Assembly: GCF_011386835.1 (NCBI RefSeq)
Contig: NC_088791.1
Coordinates: forward strand, 49,290,001 to 49,354,000
DNA length: 64,000 bases
Origin: Chrysemys picta bellii
Lineage: Eukaryota
Reading direction: 5' to 3'
Part shown: piece by piece, positions 62,393 through 64,000 of the stretch
How positions within the stretch are numbered: position 1 is the first letter of the stretch
Layout: each line of letters opens with the position of its first letter
Notes under the pieces: model-generated
Databases searched by the model: none
Told to the model about the DNA's origin: nothing
The model's input: the letters and a program-made list of their open reading frames with translations, nothing else
Program-made: the position numbers and the translations under genes

Positions 62393-62762
62393 CAGGGGTT
62401 GTCAACCATTTTCTTTCTGAGGCCCTCCCCAACATGCTATAAAAACTCCATGGCCCACCTGTGCCACAACAACAGGTTTTCTGCATATAAAACCCAGGGC
62501 TGGCATTAAGGGGTAGCAAGCAGGGCAACTGCCCGGGGCCCCACGCCACAGAGCTTCCCTTGAAGCTAAGTTGCTCAGGCTTCAGCTTCAGCCCCAGCCC
62601 CGGGTGGCAAGGCTCAGGGACCTGGACTTCAGCCCAATGTGGTGGGGCTTCGGCTTTCTGCCCAGGGCCCCAGCGAGTCTAATGCTGCCCCGCTTGGCAG
62701 ACCTCCTGCAACCTGGTTGCGGCCCCCCCAGGGGGCCCCGGACCCCTGATTGAGAACCACTG
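62393..62762. mobile_element. hAT MITE (370 bp)
   Basis: TIRs caggggttgtcaacc / gattgagaaccactg; TSD ctgtaagt/ctctaagt (7/8). Confidence 0.85.
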
Positions 62763-64000
62763 CTCTAAGTCAAATATTGAGAATATATTTGTAATAGATT
62801 AAAAGAGACTTACCCCAAAAAGTATACAGGAAAATTCTAGAATTTATGCTTAATGTAAGATCCTAACACACCAATATGATCAACTGTTTCACTGAGAAAC
62901 AGAGCTATGCTTCTAGATTTATACTTTATAAAGAAGGCAAGTGTACCTCTAGGTGCCAAAAAGTAAACTGCGCAATTGGAATGACAATTACAACACATGG
63001 TCATACCACTACATAAACACACACTGGTGTCCAATGAGACTTAGACATACTAAACCACATAGTTAGAACAATTTTGATGCTCCCCACTAGTCTACCTGGA
63101 GGCTCTCAAAACAGTGTTTAAACAGAGGACACCAAAGACAGGATACTGGCTGCTGGTTGTCACCTACTAAGCTGCACTACAGGATATACAAAACAGGACT
63201 AAATGACCTCACCCAAAGAGAGTGCAGAGTTTCTCATTCTCGTCAGTAATTCCATCAGCTAGACCCTGTGTGAAAGCCACCCTACACACAAGCCAATCAA
63301 ACAAAAAAATAAAACAAAAAATACCACAGTTCAAAAATTAGTTGGAAAATAGCCATTTCCATCCTCTGCCAGGACTGACTGCGGAGATAATAAAGGCAGG
63401 CTAATGCCATTCCACAGGGTTGTCAGTATTCTCCCCACTCCTGCCATTCATGCCTCCCACCCCGCAGAAATGATCATCAGACTTATTCACAGTGTGACTT
63501 GTATATTTAACTTTCATACGACTGGGGCTTCACAAACACACACATGCACACACACTTTCAAAAAACTGCCAACAAAGCAAAAATTCAGGAGCTCCTTTAA
63601 AATTTGTACATCCCTTGATTTCTAAGATTGCATTGCCATTGCTACTCATACTAGACTTAGACCCCTAAAGTTGTTTCTCATGTCAGTAGCGGACTTCAAC
63701 AGAGTTACACTTTGGGGGTGAATTTGACCCAGTTTCCAATTTTAGTTTTCCTCAGTTCTATAATGCTATGTATTAGCCAACACTTAATGTCTCAGACTTA
63801 GCAATAAGATTCAGAAAGAGCTAAGTAGTGCAAAAATAGAAAGAGTAAAGGCAGAGAAAAGGAAATATCCTCGAGAGCAGGGGAAATGGAAACAGAACAT
63901 CAGTGCAAATTTTAAAAACGGGAGGGCGGGGAGTAGATCCTCTGATCTGTGTTTCCGACACCTTTGCTGCACCAATTTTCTCCCTGCTTTTCTTTTTCGT

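Overview
Vertebrate genomic DNA, most likely turtle, judged from the repeat families (CR1 with (ATTCTATG)n tails, tRNA-head/CR1-tail SINE, DIRS1-like elements, Harbinger/hAT/TcMar MITEs, Penelope terminal-repeat relics). The only host gene I can support is MDFIC on the minus strand: a 276-nt internal coding exon (52023-51748), a 22.5-kb intron, and a terminal exon with the Cys-rich I-mfa domain (29273-29026) followed by a ~3.4-kb 3'UTR (poly(A) signal ~25670). I did not find the upstream MDFIC exons in the window. Left of the gene are a near-intact 5'-truncated CR1, two decayed DIRS1-like tyrosine-recombinase retrotransposons with nested insertions, and a young CR1 inside an old one. The MDFIC introns hold a SCAN-Gypsy relic, a solo-LTR-like element, an RTE relic, a Utopia/NeSL-like RLE fragment, several TSD-flanked DNA transposons, and two Penelope-derived insertions carrying minimal hammerhead motifs in the sense orientation of the pre-mRNA. 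There are three N-gaps. I cannot demonstrate a new biological system. The best leads are the intronic hammerheads, an LTR-like element whose 5' end is repeated near its 3' end, a 142-bp intronic palindrome, and an unexplained 201-codon ORF. All family names and human comparisons come from recalled knowledge, not database searches.
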